Positions 9,723-18,997 of a stretch of 64,000 bases of DNA are shown here, one piece after another. A program made the translations under genes and the position numbers. How positions within the stretch are numbered: position 1 is the first letter of the stretch; every line of letters begins with the position of its first letter. The notes below the pieces were generated by a model. The model was not told the DNA's origin, did not search any database, and saw only the letters and a program-made list of their open reading frames with translations. The DNA is from a virus (taxonomy: Duplodnaviria > Heunggongvirae > Uroviricota > Caudoviricetes): IMG/VR virus record IMGVR_UViG_2675903278_000002. One strand, given 5' to 3'.

Positions 9723-9789
9723 GACCTGCTTCCGTATGTATTTAATAAGTTACTTATTATTTGTATATACAGAAGCAGGTCTTTTAAAG
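9723..9789. terminator. Large hairpin (10 bp stem GACCTGCTTC/GAAGCAGGTC, AT-rich 39 nt loop) followed by TTTTAAAG; putative terminator; same stem sequence recurs at 56751..56815
   Basis: Inverted repeat read directly in sequence downstream of the KAP NTPase stop. Confidence 0.4.
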
Positions 9790-9895
9790 ACACCCACCAG
9801 AACAAGTCCCTTCCGTTTCCACTTCCAAAAACTGCCACCAGTCGCTATCATCCGCTCATTGTGATAAGTAAGTAACTACCTACCAGGTGAGCCAC

Positions 9896-10636
9896 ATGAG
9901 CCAAATCTTTTTCGATACCATCGACAACGACCAGTACGACTTCATGACAGAGTGGAATACCGCTGTTATGGACAAGTGGGTTGCTGAAAACATTGGTTTG
10001 TCGCGCTGCAAAGACGAGGCTGAACTGTTTGAGACGAAGTGGTTTGATTACCGCGATATGCATCCTCTCATGGCCACCTGTCTGTTTACGGAGGCATACA
10101 AACGTCAGTACTCAAATATCATGCTGACGCACGGTCGTGAACACTTTGAAACAGCTCCGTTCACCACCGGGTTAAAACGCTTGCCTTATCAGGAGTTGTC
10201 GACTGCTAATAAAACGTCGCTATGGAAAGCACGCCAGTTTGCGGATCGCTATTGCTGCTCATACGACTACTTTATCTCCACTGTTCTTTCCGCAGCTGCA
10301 CGACGTCTGTGGGACAAGCTGCCTCGCCCACAGCATTTGTGGCAGCCAGAACTGATTGAGATATTTGAAGAGAAATTAGCCAGACGCGCAACAACCCGTC
10401 TGGATGACTCTCTGGTTAGCTTTAAGCATATGGGAGACATGCAGTTCAACCCGATTCAGGAAAGCTATTTTGAGTGGATTCTGGAGCGTTTGCGCACCAT
10501 CCCTCGCAGCAAGCGCATACGCGCAATTTTCTCCGCTATCTGGCTAATGGAAATCGTTCCAGAGCGCCTTATTTCCGACCACTTTCCAGAAGAACTGGAA
10601 GAAGCACGGCGGTTTATTGATCCCCTATCTAATTAA
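9896..10636 (+). CDS. Hypothetical protein
   Basis: ORF 9887..10636; AGGTGA RBS-like sequence 5 nt before ATG 9896. Confidence 0.5.
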   Translation: MSQIFFDTIDNDQYDFMTEWNTAVMDKWVAENIGLSRCKDEAELFETKWFDYRDMHPLMATCLFTEAYKRQYSNIMLTHGREHFETAPFTTGLKRLPYQELSTANKTSLWKARQFADRYCCSYDYFISTVLSAAARRLWDKLPRPQHLWQPELIEIFEEKLARRATTRLDDSLVSFKHMGDMQFNPIQESYFEWILERLRTIPRSKRIRAIFSAIWLMEIVPERLISDHFPEELEEARRFIDPLSN

Positions 10637-10679
10637 CTAATACTAGAAAACAATTTGTTTAAAAAACAAAGGAAAGCAC

Positions 10680-12020
10680 ATGACCGAACTTTGCCATACA
10701 GGACGCGGGCTGTCCGAAGAGTTTGATGAAGATTTCCAGAACAGACTGACGGCATATTTTTGTCGTGATCACGAGTTTCTTACTCGTGCGGGAGATCTGG
10801 TTGTGCCTAGCCAATTTGCCAATGCGGCCAATGCCATATTGGTTAATATGGTTTCGGGCTATTACCGTATGTACAAGAGCGCGCCCTCTTCATCTGCAAT
10901 TCTGGATATGCTTAAGCGTGCGAAACGCGATAAGACTATCCGTGAGGAACTATTCGCCGATGTTGTTGCTGCGTTTAAGCGCATCCTTGCAGAAAAATTG
11001 TCCGATACCTCGTACATGGTTGACCAGGTATCAACCTTCGCAAAAAGCGTAGCGTTTGATGATGCTCTGATTAAGGCTGCTGAACTGAAAGAGAAGGGCG
11101 ACTTTCAGGGGGCGATGGCAATCATGGCCAAGGTTCAGCAGATTGGATCGAACGAAGCGACCGGAATCTATGACTACTACACCTCCGCAAGTGAGCGATT
11201 GAAAGCGCGTGAATATGAGGCTTCAGAGGAGTATGTACCAAACAGTATTACAACTGGACTCCCTCTTCTCGATAGGTTGCTGTACCAAAAAGGCTGGGCA
11301 AAGCGCGAAATGGTGCTCTTCATGGGGTTCGCTAAATCCGGTAAATCGACCGCAATGGGTGAGTTTTCCATAAACGCAACGCTTGCTGGCTACAATGTTC
11401 TGTATCTCTCGCTGGAGGTTCACACCAACATTTTGTCCGACCGTTTTGATGCAAGATTGTCGGAGACGGAAATGTCCAAGTTGGTGGAACGGCGCGATGA
11501 AGTTCATCGTAAGTTGGCAGAGTTGGGAGCCTCTAAGGGGATTGGTAGTTTGTGGGTTGTTGAGCGTCCGTCAGGAAGTATGTCACCGGCAGATCTGGAC
11601 CGTATGCTTAACAGCATGAAAGCCAACGGCATGGTGCCTGATATGGTTGTTGTCGACTACGCAGATTTGATGCGTGCCAGTTATGACCTTCGTGATGATC
11701 GCGCCAACATTCGTAGTATCTACACCGATTTACGTGCTCTTTATGACAAACATAACGTTGCTGGAATCACGGCATCGCAGACAAACCGTGAAGGTGGCGC
11801 GTCAGAAGTTGCCACAATGATGCACGCCGCCGATAACATCGAAAAAGTACGTATTGCTGACCTGGTAATAACGATCAACAAAACCGAAGAAGAAGAAGCG
11901 AAAGGAGAGGCTCGTCTCTACTTTGCTGGTTCACGTAACCAGCAGGGTGGGATCAGCATTCGCGTTAAACAAAACCTCGAACAAATGCGTTTCATTGAGC
12001 GAATCTTAGACGTTACCTAA
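10680..12020 (+). CDS. DnaB-like replicative DNA helicase
   Basis: Walker A GFAKSGKST in a RecA-like C-terminal domain; 446 aa; adjacent to primase. Confidence 0.8.
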   Translation: MTELCHTGRGLSEEFDEDFQNRLTAYFCRDHEFLTRAGDLVVPSQFANAANAILVNMVSGYYRMYKSAPSSSAILDMLKRAKRDKTIREELFADVVAAFKRILAEKLSDTSYMVDQVSTFAKSVAFDDALIKAAELKEKGDFQGAMAIMAKVQQIGSNEATGIYDYYTSASERLKAREYEASEEYVPNSITTGLPLLDRLLYQKGWAKREMVLFMGFAKSGKSTAMGEFSINATLAGYNVLYLSLEVHTNILSDRFDARLSETEMSKLVERRDEVHRKLAELGASKGIGSLWVVERPSGSMSPADLDRMLNSMKANGMVPDMVVVDYADLMRASYDLRDDRANIRSIYTDLRALYDKHNVAGITASQTNREGGASEVATMMHAADNIEKVRIADLVITINKTEEEEAKGEARLYFAGSRNQQGGISIRVKQNLEQMRFIERILDVT

Positions 12021-12101
12021 AAAATAAGCGTGGAGAACACCTCCACGCTTGATTCATTTGTGAAACAACTTTTCTTTTGCCAAACCACAAAAGAAAAACA
12101 C

Positions 12102-13280
12102 ATGAGCCTTTATGTTATATCAACATTTAGGTTGGTCACAATATTGCCTGTTAAAAGTGGAATTATCGTGAGCGAACTGAAAGAGCTAATTACCGAATTA
12201 GATTTTGAACAATGGTTGGACACTGAAGGTATCGTTTATCGACGTGGAGGCGTGAGTGCTCGCGGTCGTGAAGTGAATATCAAGGAGTGTCCGGTATGCG
12301 GCAGCTCCAACTGGAAGGTATATTTCAATCTGACCAGTGGCGTAGGCAAATGCTTCGCTGGTGATCATCCCGAAGAGATTCAGTTCAATAAGCTGGTCTT
12401 CCTCAAGCACTACAGCGGCAAATCACGACGACAGTTCGAGGAATATGTGCAGAACGCTCTTCTTTCCCAGGGGTGGGCACCAAAGAAAGAAGAGATAGTG
12501 CTTGCAAGCACAGTCGAGTTAGAGGGACCACTTGCACTCCCTCGTCATTACGAACTTCCTATAGATGGTCGTCTTCCAGACTATCTGGTTGAACGAAACA
12601 TATCGCCTGAAATGGCAAAGTATTTTGACCTACGATACTGCGTCGAAGGCAAGCACGCTTATGTAGATCCGTATACAGATCAGGTTAAAGGACAGATATT
12701 CGATATGCGAATACTGATACCGGTTTACGATCTGGATGGGGTAATGAAGACATTTCAGGGGCGAGACATTACCGGTACAGCTGAACGTCGCTACCTCTTT
12801 CCTATGCAGCTTCCAGCTTCAGGTAAGTTTCTCTACAACGGCCATAATGCGGTCGGCAAACAGACTGTAGTTGTCTGTGAGGGGGCGTTCGATGTTATGG
12901 GGGTTAAACGAGCTATTTTTGATGAAGAAACATTACGTGATTACGTGGAACCGATAGGAACGTTCGGGATGCATCTATCTGGTAACACCACTCAGGATGC
13001 AGAAGATCAGTTAGGCGCGTTCCTGACGCTCAAGGCGCGTGGGTTACGTAATGTGATCATGATGTGGGATAGTGAAAAGCAAGCTATACGTAATACGATG
13101 GCCGCAGCCAGGCGACTGACCAGTATTGGTCTTAATGTCAAAGTGGCGTGTTTGGGCGAGGAAGGACTCGACCCGGGCGATGCAACGCCAGAGCAAATCA
13201 TCAAAGCCTATTATCGGGCAAAACCGTATACCAAGCAGTTGGAGTTACAAAGCAAGGTTTTGGGCATTAAGGCTCTATGA
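12102..13280 (+). CDS. DNA primase (zinc-binding domain plus TOPRIM)
   Basis: CPVCGSSNWKVYFNLTSGVGKCFAG zinc ribbon; TOPRIM-like VVVCEGAFDVMGV; ATG 12102 is preceded by the recurrent AAAAACACATG context; the longer GTG 12030 start lies inside a hairpin. Confidence 0.75.
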   Translation: MSLYVISTFRLVTILPVKSGIIVSELKELITELDFEQWLDTEGIVYRRGGVSARGREVNIKECPVCGSSNWKVYFNLTSGVGKCFAGDHPEEIQFNKLVFLKHYSGKSRRQFEEYVQNALLSQGWAPKKEEIVLASTVELEGPLALPRHYELPIDGRLPDYLVERNISPEMAKYFDLRYCVEGKHAYVDPYTDQVKGQIFDMRILIPVYDLDGVMKTFQGRDITGTAERRYLFPMQLPASGKFLYNGHNAVGKQTVVVCEGAFDVMGVKRAIFDEETLRDYVEPIGTFGMHLSGNTTQDAEDQLGAFLTLKARGLRNVIMMWDSEKQAIRNTMAAARRLTSIGLNVKVACLGEEGLDPGDATPEQIIKAYYRAKPYTKQLELQSKVLGIKAL

Positions 13281-13358
13281 TAACAATCACCTTTAAAATA
13301 AGTAGATGATTACTTATCTTTCTGTGAGAATACTTTCATCTGTTAGCTAGGAGTTGGT

Positions 13359-14135
13359 ATGAAAGACGAAATTCAGAAATTAGCCTGCGACATCATTGAT
13401 AAAACTGGTTTAGAAATCAGCGAGAGCAATCGGCTAGACATCATTGAAAAAGCCGTAAAAACAGCAATGGATCATATCGCCACTCGTTTGGTCGAGATCC
13501 CGCTACCAGGGCTACCTTATCTGAAAGTTGAGTTACACGTATGGGGTGAACCTTCTTGTTCACGGCGTTCTGCATTAGTTGTTTTTATTAGCAAAGAAAA
13601 CCCGCTCAGTCTTAAAGTGCAGGTTGGTGCATGGATGGATGGAAAAGTGATCTACACAAATACCGTTTTTTGTCTTTCAAACGACGAAACTATTGAAGCG
13701 GCCATTCAAGAAGCAGTTCTAGCAATGCGCAGCAGCGGTTTGATGAAGAATAACTACGAAGAGTACTTGCGTTCGATAAGTGGTGAAAAGACATTATCTC
13801 TGAAAGCAGATTTCGTTACCCCGAAAAATCTGTTGGAAGTCTTGCTTAATAAAGGGGCTAATGATGCCGTAAATGTAATCAGAGAGAGTGAGTATGCGTC
13901 TCTTTGCGACATGTGCAAAAGCCAGTTGGATCTGGTGCATATCGTTATTGATGCTGGGAAGGCATGTGATGGCGTAATGGCGGAATTTGCTTGGAAGGTG
14001 GTCAGGATTGCTAACGAATTACCGATGATAGAGCAAGAGGCCAAATCATACGCCACCAATCATGTCACAGAGCTTCTTGTCCCCTATCGCTTAGAAAGCA
14101 ATCAGCGCAAGATGGTTAGCTGGGGAAGTTGGTAA
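13359..14135 (+). CDS. Hypothetical protein
   Basis: 258 aa ORF with GGAG RBS upstream. Confidence 0.5.
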   Translation: MKDEIQKLACDIIDKTGLEISESNRLDIIEKAVKTAMDHIATRLVEIPLPGLPYLKVELHVWGEPSCSRRSALVVFISKENPLSLKVQVGAWMDGKVIYTNTVFCLSNDETIEAAIQEAVLAMRSSGLMKNNYEEYLRSISGEKTLSLKADFVTPKNLLEVLLNKGANDAVNVIRESEYASLCDMCKSQLDLVHIVIDAGKACDGVMAEFAWKVVRIANELPMIEQEAKSYATNHVTELLVPYRLESNQRKMVSWGSW

Positions 14136-14190
14136 TCTCTCCGCGCGTCGTTTTTTACGCAAATAACGATAGGTAAGTACAAGATTATTT

Positions 14191-14673
14191 ATGGCGGTAG
14201 TTGTGAAAGCTGATTTGTCAAAAATCCCTTCTATTTCAGGAAATAACGGTTATTCACTTCGTTGTGAGGAAGTAAAGATAAACGGTGAGTCGGCATATTG
14301 CAGCTATTCCGTTTGCCAGCACACCATTCTTGCCTTCAAAGAAAACCGTCTTCCTCGAACTTCTTTCCAGTCGTGCGCAACCGCTATTAAAGCAGGCAAA
14401 TGCAAGGCGTTAAAAATGATGGTTGAAGAGATTCGTAAAGGAGAATCTCTGTATTTCGAAGATATGACCGCGCTCATTAAGGAGGTTGAAGAACGGAATA
14501 AACAAGCCAGAACTATAAAACGAAAACGTGACAGTGTAACGATTAATAGCATGGTTAAGAAGAGCACCACATCACAAACAGCGATCACTGACGTGTATGC
14601 GGCGTTGCTTGAAGAAACAACAAAAGAAACACATGAGCAAATCGATCAACATATGGAGGCAAAACAACAATGA
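14191..14673 (+). CDS. Hypothetical protein
   Basis: 160 aa ORF; stop overlaps the ligase start. Confidence 0.5.
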   Translation: MAVVVKADLSKIPSISGNNGYSLRCEEVKINGESAYCSYSVCQHTILAFKENRLPRTSFQSCATAIKAGKCKALKMMVEEIRKGESLYFEDMTALIKEVEERNKQARTIKRKRDSVTINSMVKKSTTSQTAITDVYAALLEETTKETHEQIDQHMEAKQQ

Positions 14674-15992
14674 AAAAGTTGATCGCACTTAAGCATAAGC
14701 TGGACGAAATGAAAGCTATGGGAACCAATGCAAAAAAAGAGGCATTGGCCAACATGGATGACTTCGAGCAAAGCATGGTTTCATTGATGCTCAACCCTTT
14801 CATCCGTTTTGGGGTAAAGAAATACAAAGTGGCAGAGCCGCTTAGTGAGTCCGTCCCAAGTGACGAAAAAGCCATTGATATACTGAATAAGCTGGCCTCT
14901 CGCGAGCTGACGGGGAACGCAGCAATAGCTGCTGTTGAGTCTATCGTGGCGTCAATGTGCGCCGATGGGCAGGACGTGTTCCGTCGTTTCCTCTTAAAAG
15001 ATCCGAAAGCTGGCGTTGGGATTAGCCTATGCAACAAGGTTTTTGAAAATCCCATTCCGAAATTTGAGGTGCAGCTGGCGTCACCGTATAAAGAAAAAGG
15101 CGACAAATACCCCTTCAAGCCAAATCCTAAAGCCAAATGGCCGATGATTGGCAGCCTTAAGCTCGATGGTTTGCGAGTAATTTGTGAGGTTATTGTTGAC
15201 GAGGAAGAGGTGAACTTCCTTTCTCGTACTGGTAATCCAATCACGTCTCTCGATCACCTAAAGCCAGCCATGCTCGAATTAGGCAAACTTTCAGGCCACA
15301 AACACATCTTCTTCGATGGTGAAGGAACAGCCGGTTCATTTAACCAGTCCGTATCTGCATTGCGCAAAAAGAACGTGCAGGCAATTGGCGCTATTTATCA
15401 TGTTTTCGACTTCTTCCTACCGGAATGGCGGGCACAGGCTAAATCCAAAGAGTATGCAAAGACAGGTATGAAGCTGAAAGAGCGCCTGGCTATTCTCGTG
15501 GCGTTGTTCAAAAACGATCGCAGTGAAGACTACGCGCAAGACATTCACCTACATCCGTTCTACATCATCCATAGCCACGAAGACTTCATCGAACGCTTCA
15601 TGAAACGCCTGGACGATAACGAAGAAGGGGAGATGGGCAAAGATCCGAACTCTGTTTACGAGTTTAAACGTACCCGCAGCTGGTGGAAGTTAAAAGACGA
15701 AGATTCAGAAGATGGTGAAATTATCGACTTTGAGCCGGGCGACCCGGACTCTGGTTTTGCCAACACACTTGGAAAAATTGTTATTCGTCTTGAAAACGGC
15801 GTCATCGTTCGTGCGAGCGGCATTAAGCATAAATATCTGGACGAGATCTGGAACAACAAAGAGAAGTACCGTGGTCGTATTGTCGAGGTTCATTGTCACG
15901 AGAAAACACCGGACGGCAGCTTACGCCACCCACGACTGAAATGGCCGCGTTGCTTACGCGATACAGAAGATCGAATCGGAGATAAAGAATGA
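14670..15992 (+). CDS. ATP-dependent DNA ligase
   Basis: Adenylation motif KxDG in GSLKLDGLRV; 440 aa. Confidence 0.8.
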   Translation: MKKLIALKHKLDEMKAMGTNAKKEALANMDDFEQSMVSLMLNPFIRFGVKKYKVAEPLSESVPSDEKAIDILNKLASRELTGNAAIAAVESIVASMCADGQDVFRRFLLKDPKAGVGISLCNKVFENPIPKFEVQLASPYKEKGDKYPFKPNPKAKWPMIGSLKLDGLRVICEVIVDEEEVNFLSRTGNPITSLDHLKPAMLELGKLSGHKHIFFDGEGTAGSFNQSVSALRKKNVQAIGAIYHVFDFFLPEWRAQAKSKEYAKTGMKLKERLAILVALFKNDRSEDYAQDIHLHPFYIIHSHEDFIERFMKRLDDNEEGEMGKDPNSVYEFKRTRSWWKLKDEDSEDGEIIDFEPGDPDSGFANTLGKIVIRLENGVIVRASGIKHKYLDEIWNNKEKYRGRIVEVHCHEKTPDGSLRHPRLKWPRCLRDTEDRIGDKE

Positions 15993-16168
15993 TGCTCGGC
16001 TGGATGATTGCATTTTTAGCGGTTGGTTTTTTAATCGGTATTGTGGTGATGTCCAGTTGCATCAATGACTACATTAAAAGCGGTGTTATAGAACGACGCG
16101 GTCGTATTTATCGCATTGTAGAAATAACCCGCACAGTGAAGGAGATTAAGGATGATCGTATTAAGTAA
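15989..16168 (+). CDS. Small membrane protein (59 aa), translationally coupled; not in supplied ORF track (below 60 aa)
   Basis: ATGA overlap with ligase stop; hydrophobic N-terminus MMLGWMIAFLAVGFLIGIVVM then RRGRIYRIVEITRTVKEIK. Confidence 0.35.
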   Translation: MMLGWMIAFLAVGFLIGIVVMSSCINDYIKSGVIERRGRIYRIVEITRTVKEIKDDRIK

Positions 16169-16367
16169 GCGGGAGAAGGAAACGCTTCATGAAATCAGTA
16201 AGTGGCCGGAGTTCCCTGAGTACTGGAAGCCTAAAACGCGAGCTAAGTTAGAGCGTTTAGGGTTGGTTGCAAACGTTTCTGAAACGTGGTGCTCGGCCAA
16301 CTACCAGTTAACTGATAAAGGGAAAGTATTGCTACAGCAATTAGTAGAATCAGGAGTGTTAAAATGA
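16152..16367 (+). CDS. Hypothetical protein
   Basis: 71 aa ORF; overlaps neighbours at both ends. Confidence 0.4.
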   Translation: MIVLSKREKETLHEISKWPEFPEYWKPKTRAKLERLGLVANVSETWCSANYQLTDKGKVLLQQLVESGVLK

Positions 16368-16516
16368 TTCCATACATCTCATTAGCTTTTATGGGTGGCT
16401 TCCTTATCGGCTTCGGCATCTGTCGTGATTTAATTAAGCAGGAACTTAAAACCAAAACACTGTGCATCGGAAAGCGTGTGTATCGGGTAGTTCATGAAAC
16501 AAAGGTTAGAAAATGA
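16364..16516 (+). CDS. Small membrane protein (50 aa), apparent paralog of 15989..16168
   Basis: ATGA overlap at both ends; hydrophobic N-terminus then GKRVYRVVHETKVRK, resembling RRGRIYRIVEITRTVK of the upstream small protein. Confidence 0.3.
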   Translation: MIPYISLAFMGGFLIGFGICRDLIKQELKTKTLCIGKRVYRVVHETKVRK

Positions 16517-16803
16517 GCAATTTAACTTCTTGGGACTGGTGGTTGGCCACCTATTTCTTAGCGGCCGGAGTCGCATTCGCCTTTTACGTAGGTCAGTTAG
16601 TCGTAAAACTGCTGCTGATTAAATTTGCCAGTCATAAACGTATCGATGATGGTCTGTGGCGTCTTGGCACCCTGGTGGAAACTCGCTACGGGCAACTTAA
16701 GGAGAACGAAACCATTACTATCCAAGCGAAACGATTCACTGCCACCATCACAAGAACACCTAGTCGTAGAGTGGCCTTGATCAAAAAAGTTACAACCGAA
16801 TAA
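16513..16803 (+). CDS. Hypothetical small membrane protein
   Basis: 96 aa; N-terminal transmembrane segment WDWWLATYFLAAGVAFAFYVGQLVV. Confidence 0.4.
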   Translation: MSNLTSWDWWLATYFLAAGVAFAFYVGQLVVKLLLIKFASHKRIDDGLWRLGTLVETRYGQLKENETITIQAKRFTATITRTPSRRVALIKKVTTE

Positions 16804-17579
16804 AAATACAATGATAAGTATTTACTTACTTATCTTTTATGTATAAGATGACTTTGTTTTCGTTGAGACGCGACTGTTTGAACTTAAATACAAGTGCAAA
16901 CGAAGAAGTCTATCTGGCAGTAGCCTAATAAGCCAAACACCAGCGAGGTCAGTTTCCAGCCTCGTTACCGAAATGGGACACACTGAGCGAGTGTGATTGC
17001 AGAACGCAGGAGGGAACATGAGTGTTCCCTCCGATGAAGTAACAGAATGGGCGGTCGGTATATTTTCAACTCAATATGACTCCCGGATTCTTAGCCACTG
17101 ACCGCCCATCCTGTTACGTCATTTTGTTCAATTATGTCGTTTATACTGGGTTAAAAAGCGGCGGCGTAGCCCGGCTGGTATGGTTAGCCAGCACACAACG
17201 TTGAGGCCATTACATTTTTATCAATTCTAAGGTTCTATTCACAGAGATACCGGCGAGCGTTGATATGTAACATGTTGGGCAAACATTCAATCGGAGTAGT
17301 GGCCTCAACGTTGTGAAGACAGGATTGTTGTGTAGGTTTAACCACTGTTGCCATTGGTGCCTGTTTTCACAACAAATGATTCCATACATCACATTGTATA
17401 AATTACAAAGTAGGCGCTGTCCTCAAAAACATCATCTACTTAAAGATTTTGTCTTCTATTGAGCGAAGTCGAAAACGTCTGGCACTAACGAAAAGTGCAA
17501 GTAGCGGTGCGTTTCCTGGCAGAAACTAACACCGCCGCGATTGGCACTGTTGAGTAATAAATACTGTCAGTGCTGAATT

Positions 17580-17654
17580 GATGGTGTAGCTCAGCGGTAG
17601 AGCAGTTGGCTGTTAACCAACTGGTCGGTGGTTCGAATCCACCCACCATCGCCA
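17580..17654 (+). tRNA. tRNA-Asn (anticodon GTT)
   Basis: Manual fold: 7 bp acceptor stem GATGGTG/CACCATC, D-arm TAGCTCAGCGGTAGAGC, anticodon loop CTGTTAA, T-loop GGTGGTTCGAATCCACC, 3' GCCA. Confidence 0.75.
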
Positions 17655-17656
17655 AT

Positions 17657-17732
17657 GCCGGTTTAGCTCAGTTGGTAGAGCGCCTGCCTTGTAAGCAGGA
17701 TGTCAGCGGTTCGATCCCGTTAACCGGCACCA
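17657..17732 (+). tRNA. tRNA-Thr (anticodon TGT)
   Basis: Manual fold: acceptor GCCGGTT/AACCGGC, D-arm TAGCTCAGTTGGTAGAGC, anticodon stem CCTGC/GCAGG with loop CTTGTAA, T-loop GGTTCGATCC, 3' ACCA. Confidence 0.75.
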
Positions 17733-18052
17733 ACACAACAGGTAAGAGCATTGGGCGAATCGGCGATACTGACCCACAAGCCCGTAAATCGATAGAGTCA
17801 GACCAGTGCTCTTACCGTTGTGAGGAAGTGCAGCTCTTTGAAGCAACCAGAAGATAAGCATCTGGCTTCACAACACAACGATAAGATCATTACGGTTAAT
17901 CGTCGTTCATGTGCACAATGACTGGTCGAAAGGTAGTGATCTTACCGTTGTGATGAATGCACAGGCTGATGTGCCGCAACTACAGTAGTGCGCGCTTTGC
18001 GGGGCTTGCTACAACCCTGTGTCGGAGTTCAGCACCGACCATCACAATAGCT

Positions 18053-18139
18053 GGAGAGTAGGGAGCATGGTGCTCAAGCGGTCTTGAAATCCGTCCCATT
18101 GTGCAAACGATGATGGTTCGATTCCATTACTCTCCGCCA
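18053..18139 (+). tRNA. Class II tRNA with long variable arm, most likely tRNA-Ser (anticodon TGA); anticodon stem imperfect
   Basis: Acceptor GGAGAGT/ACTCTCC, T-loop GGTTCGATTCC, 3' GCCA, long variable region; anticodon loop CTTGAAA only with a mismatched closing pair. Confidence 0.55.
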
Positions 18140-18292
18140 GACACAGCGTTGAGCGGTTTGGCCTTTTAATCACCCAGATTAAGACTCCGCTAACATAAAC
18201 CAGACCGCTCAACGCTGTGATAGACAATTACGGCAGACGTTCTTAACCATAGCTTGCTAACATCCTAGCAACACTTTTTTCAGCGCAAAATT

Positions 18293-18318
18293 CAAAGGGG
18301 CTTCGGCCCCTTTTTTAC
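18293..18318 (+). terminator. Rho-independent terminator downstream of the tRNA island
   Basis: GGGGC-TTCG-GCCCC hairpin followed by TTTTTT. Confidence 0.7.
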
Positions 18319-18442
18319 TGGGTTGACTCCAGAATATTTCCAGGTATGGTTTTACCACTTTTGGTCTTCATTTAGCAACGGCAGCATTAGACTGCCTGCA
18401 TGTGGGTGACAGGATGTGGCAGAAAAACATGGAGATAAGCCA

Positions 18443-18997
18443 ATGAATAAGCGCAACCTCAATATTCTTGCCTCTCTGGTGATCATGCTCGCTCTGACGG
18501 GATGTAACGAATCGGAGATCGACAAAATTACCTTAATAGGTAGAGATAAAAGCGATCTTGCACAGAACTATAAAGCCCAGTTCCAAGAGCAAACACCCAG
18601 TATTGAGGTATTCGCTCTTCAAGATAAAAATGCACCGAATGAACAGGAACCACATACGTATGGAAATCTCATTGATGGAAAGGTTGAATCGTCTTTAACG
18701 ACAAATGTCGGTAAGTATACGTTCATGCAGATCGGTGAAATGCTGACAAGGGAGTACGGAAAACCGGTAGCAACGAAAGACAGAATTTTCGACCAAGAAG
18801 CTATCTCAGGTATGGACTGTATTGAGACAAAGACCTGTGGTGCAGGCAAGTATTATGAAGTCTATCGAGGGAAGGATCGTTTAGTAATGGTGATTAACGG
18901 TGCAGGCTTTGTGAACGAAAAAGAGGGTGTAACATTGCTTTCTATCACCGATAAGATGATTAAAGTTTCACGCTTGAAAGAAGACAAACGCAAATAG
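18443..18997 (+). CDS. Putative lipoprotein
   Basis: MNKRNLNILASLVIMLALTGC signal peptide with lipobox; GGAG RBS before ATG 18443. Confidence 0.55.
   Translation: MNKRNLNILASLVIMLALTGCNESEIDKITLIGRDKSDLAQNYKAQFQEQTPSIEVFALQDKNAPNEQEPHTYGNLIDGKVESSLTTNVGKYTFMQIGEMLTREYGKPVATKDRIFDQEAISGMDCIETKTCGAGKYYEVYRGKDRLVMVINGAGFVNEKEGVTLLSITDKMIKVSRLKEDKRK

Noticed and set aside
12030-12101. Upstream GTG start (12030) for the primase
   Set aside because: It lies inside the post-helicase hairpin GCGTGGAG-AACAC-CTCCACGC; the in-frame ATG at 12102 carries the conserved AAAAACACATG context
17741-17815. Hairpin-bounded 75 nt element directly after tRNA-Thr considered as a fourth tRNA
   Set aside because: No T-loop (GTTCRANYC), no plausible D-arm or anticodon arm; a perfect 10 bp terminal stem is not tRNA-like. 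Kept as a structured element in the findings instead
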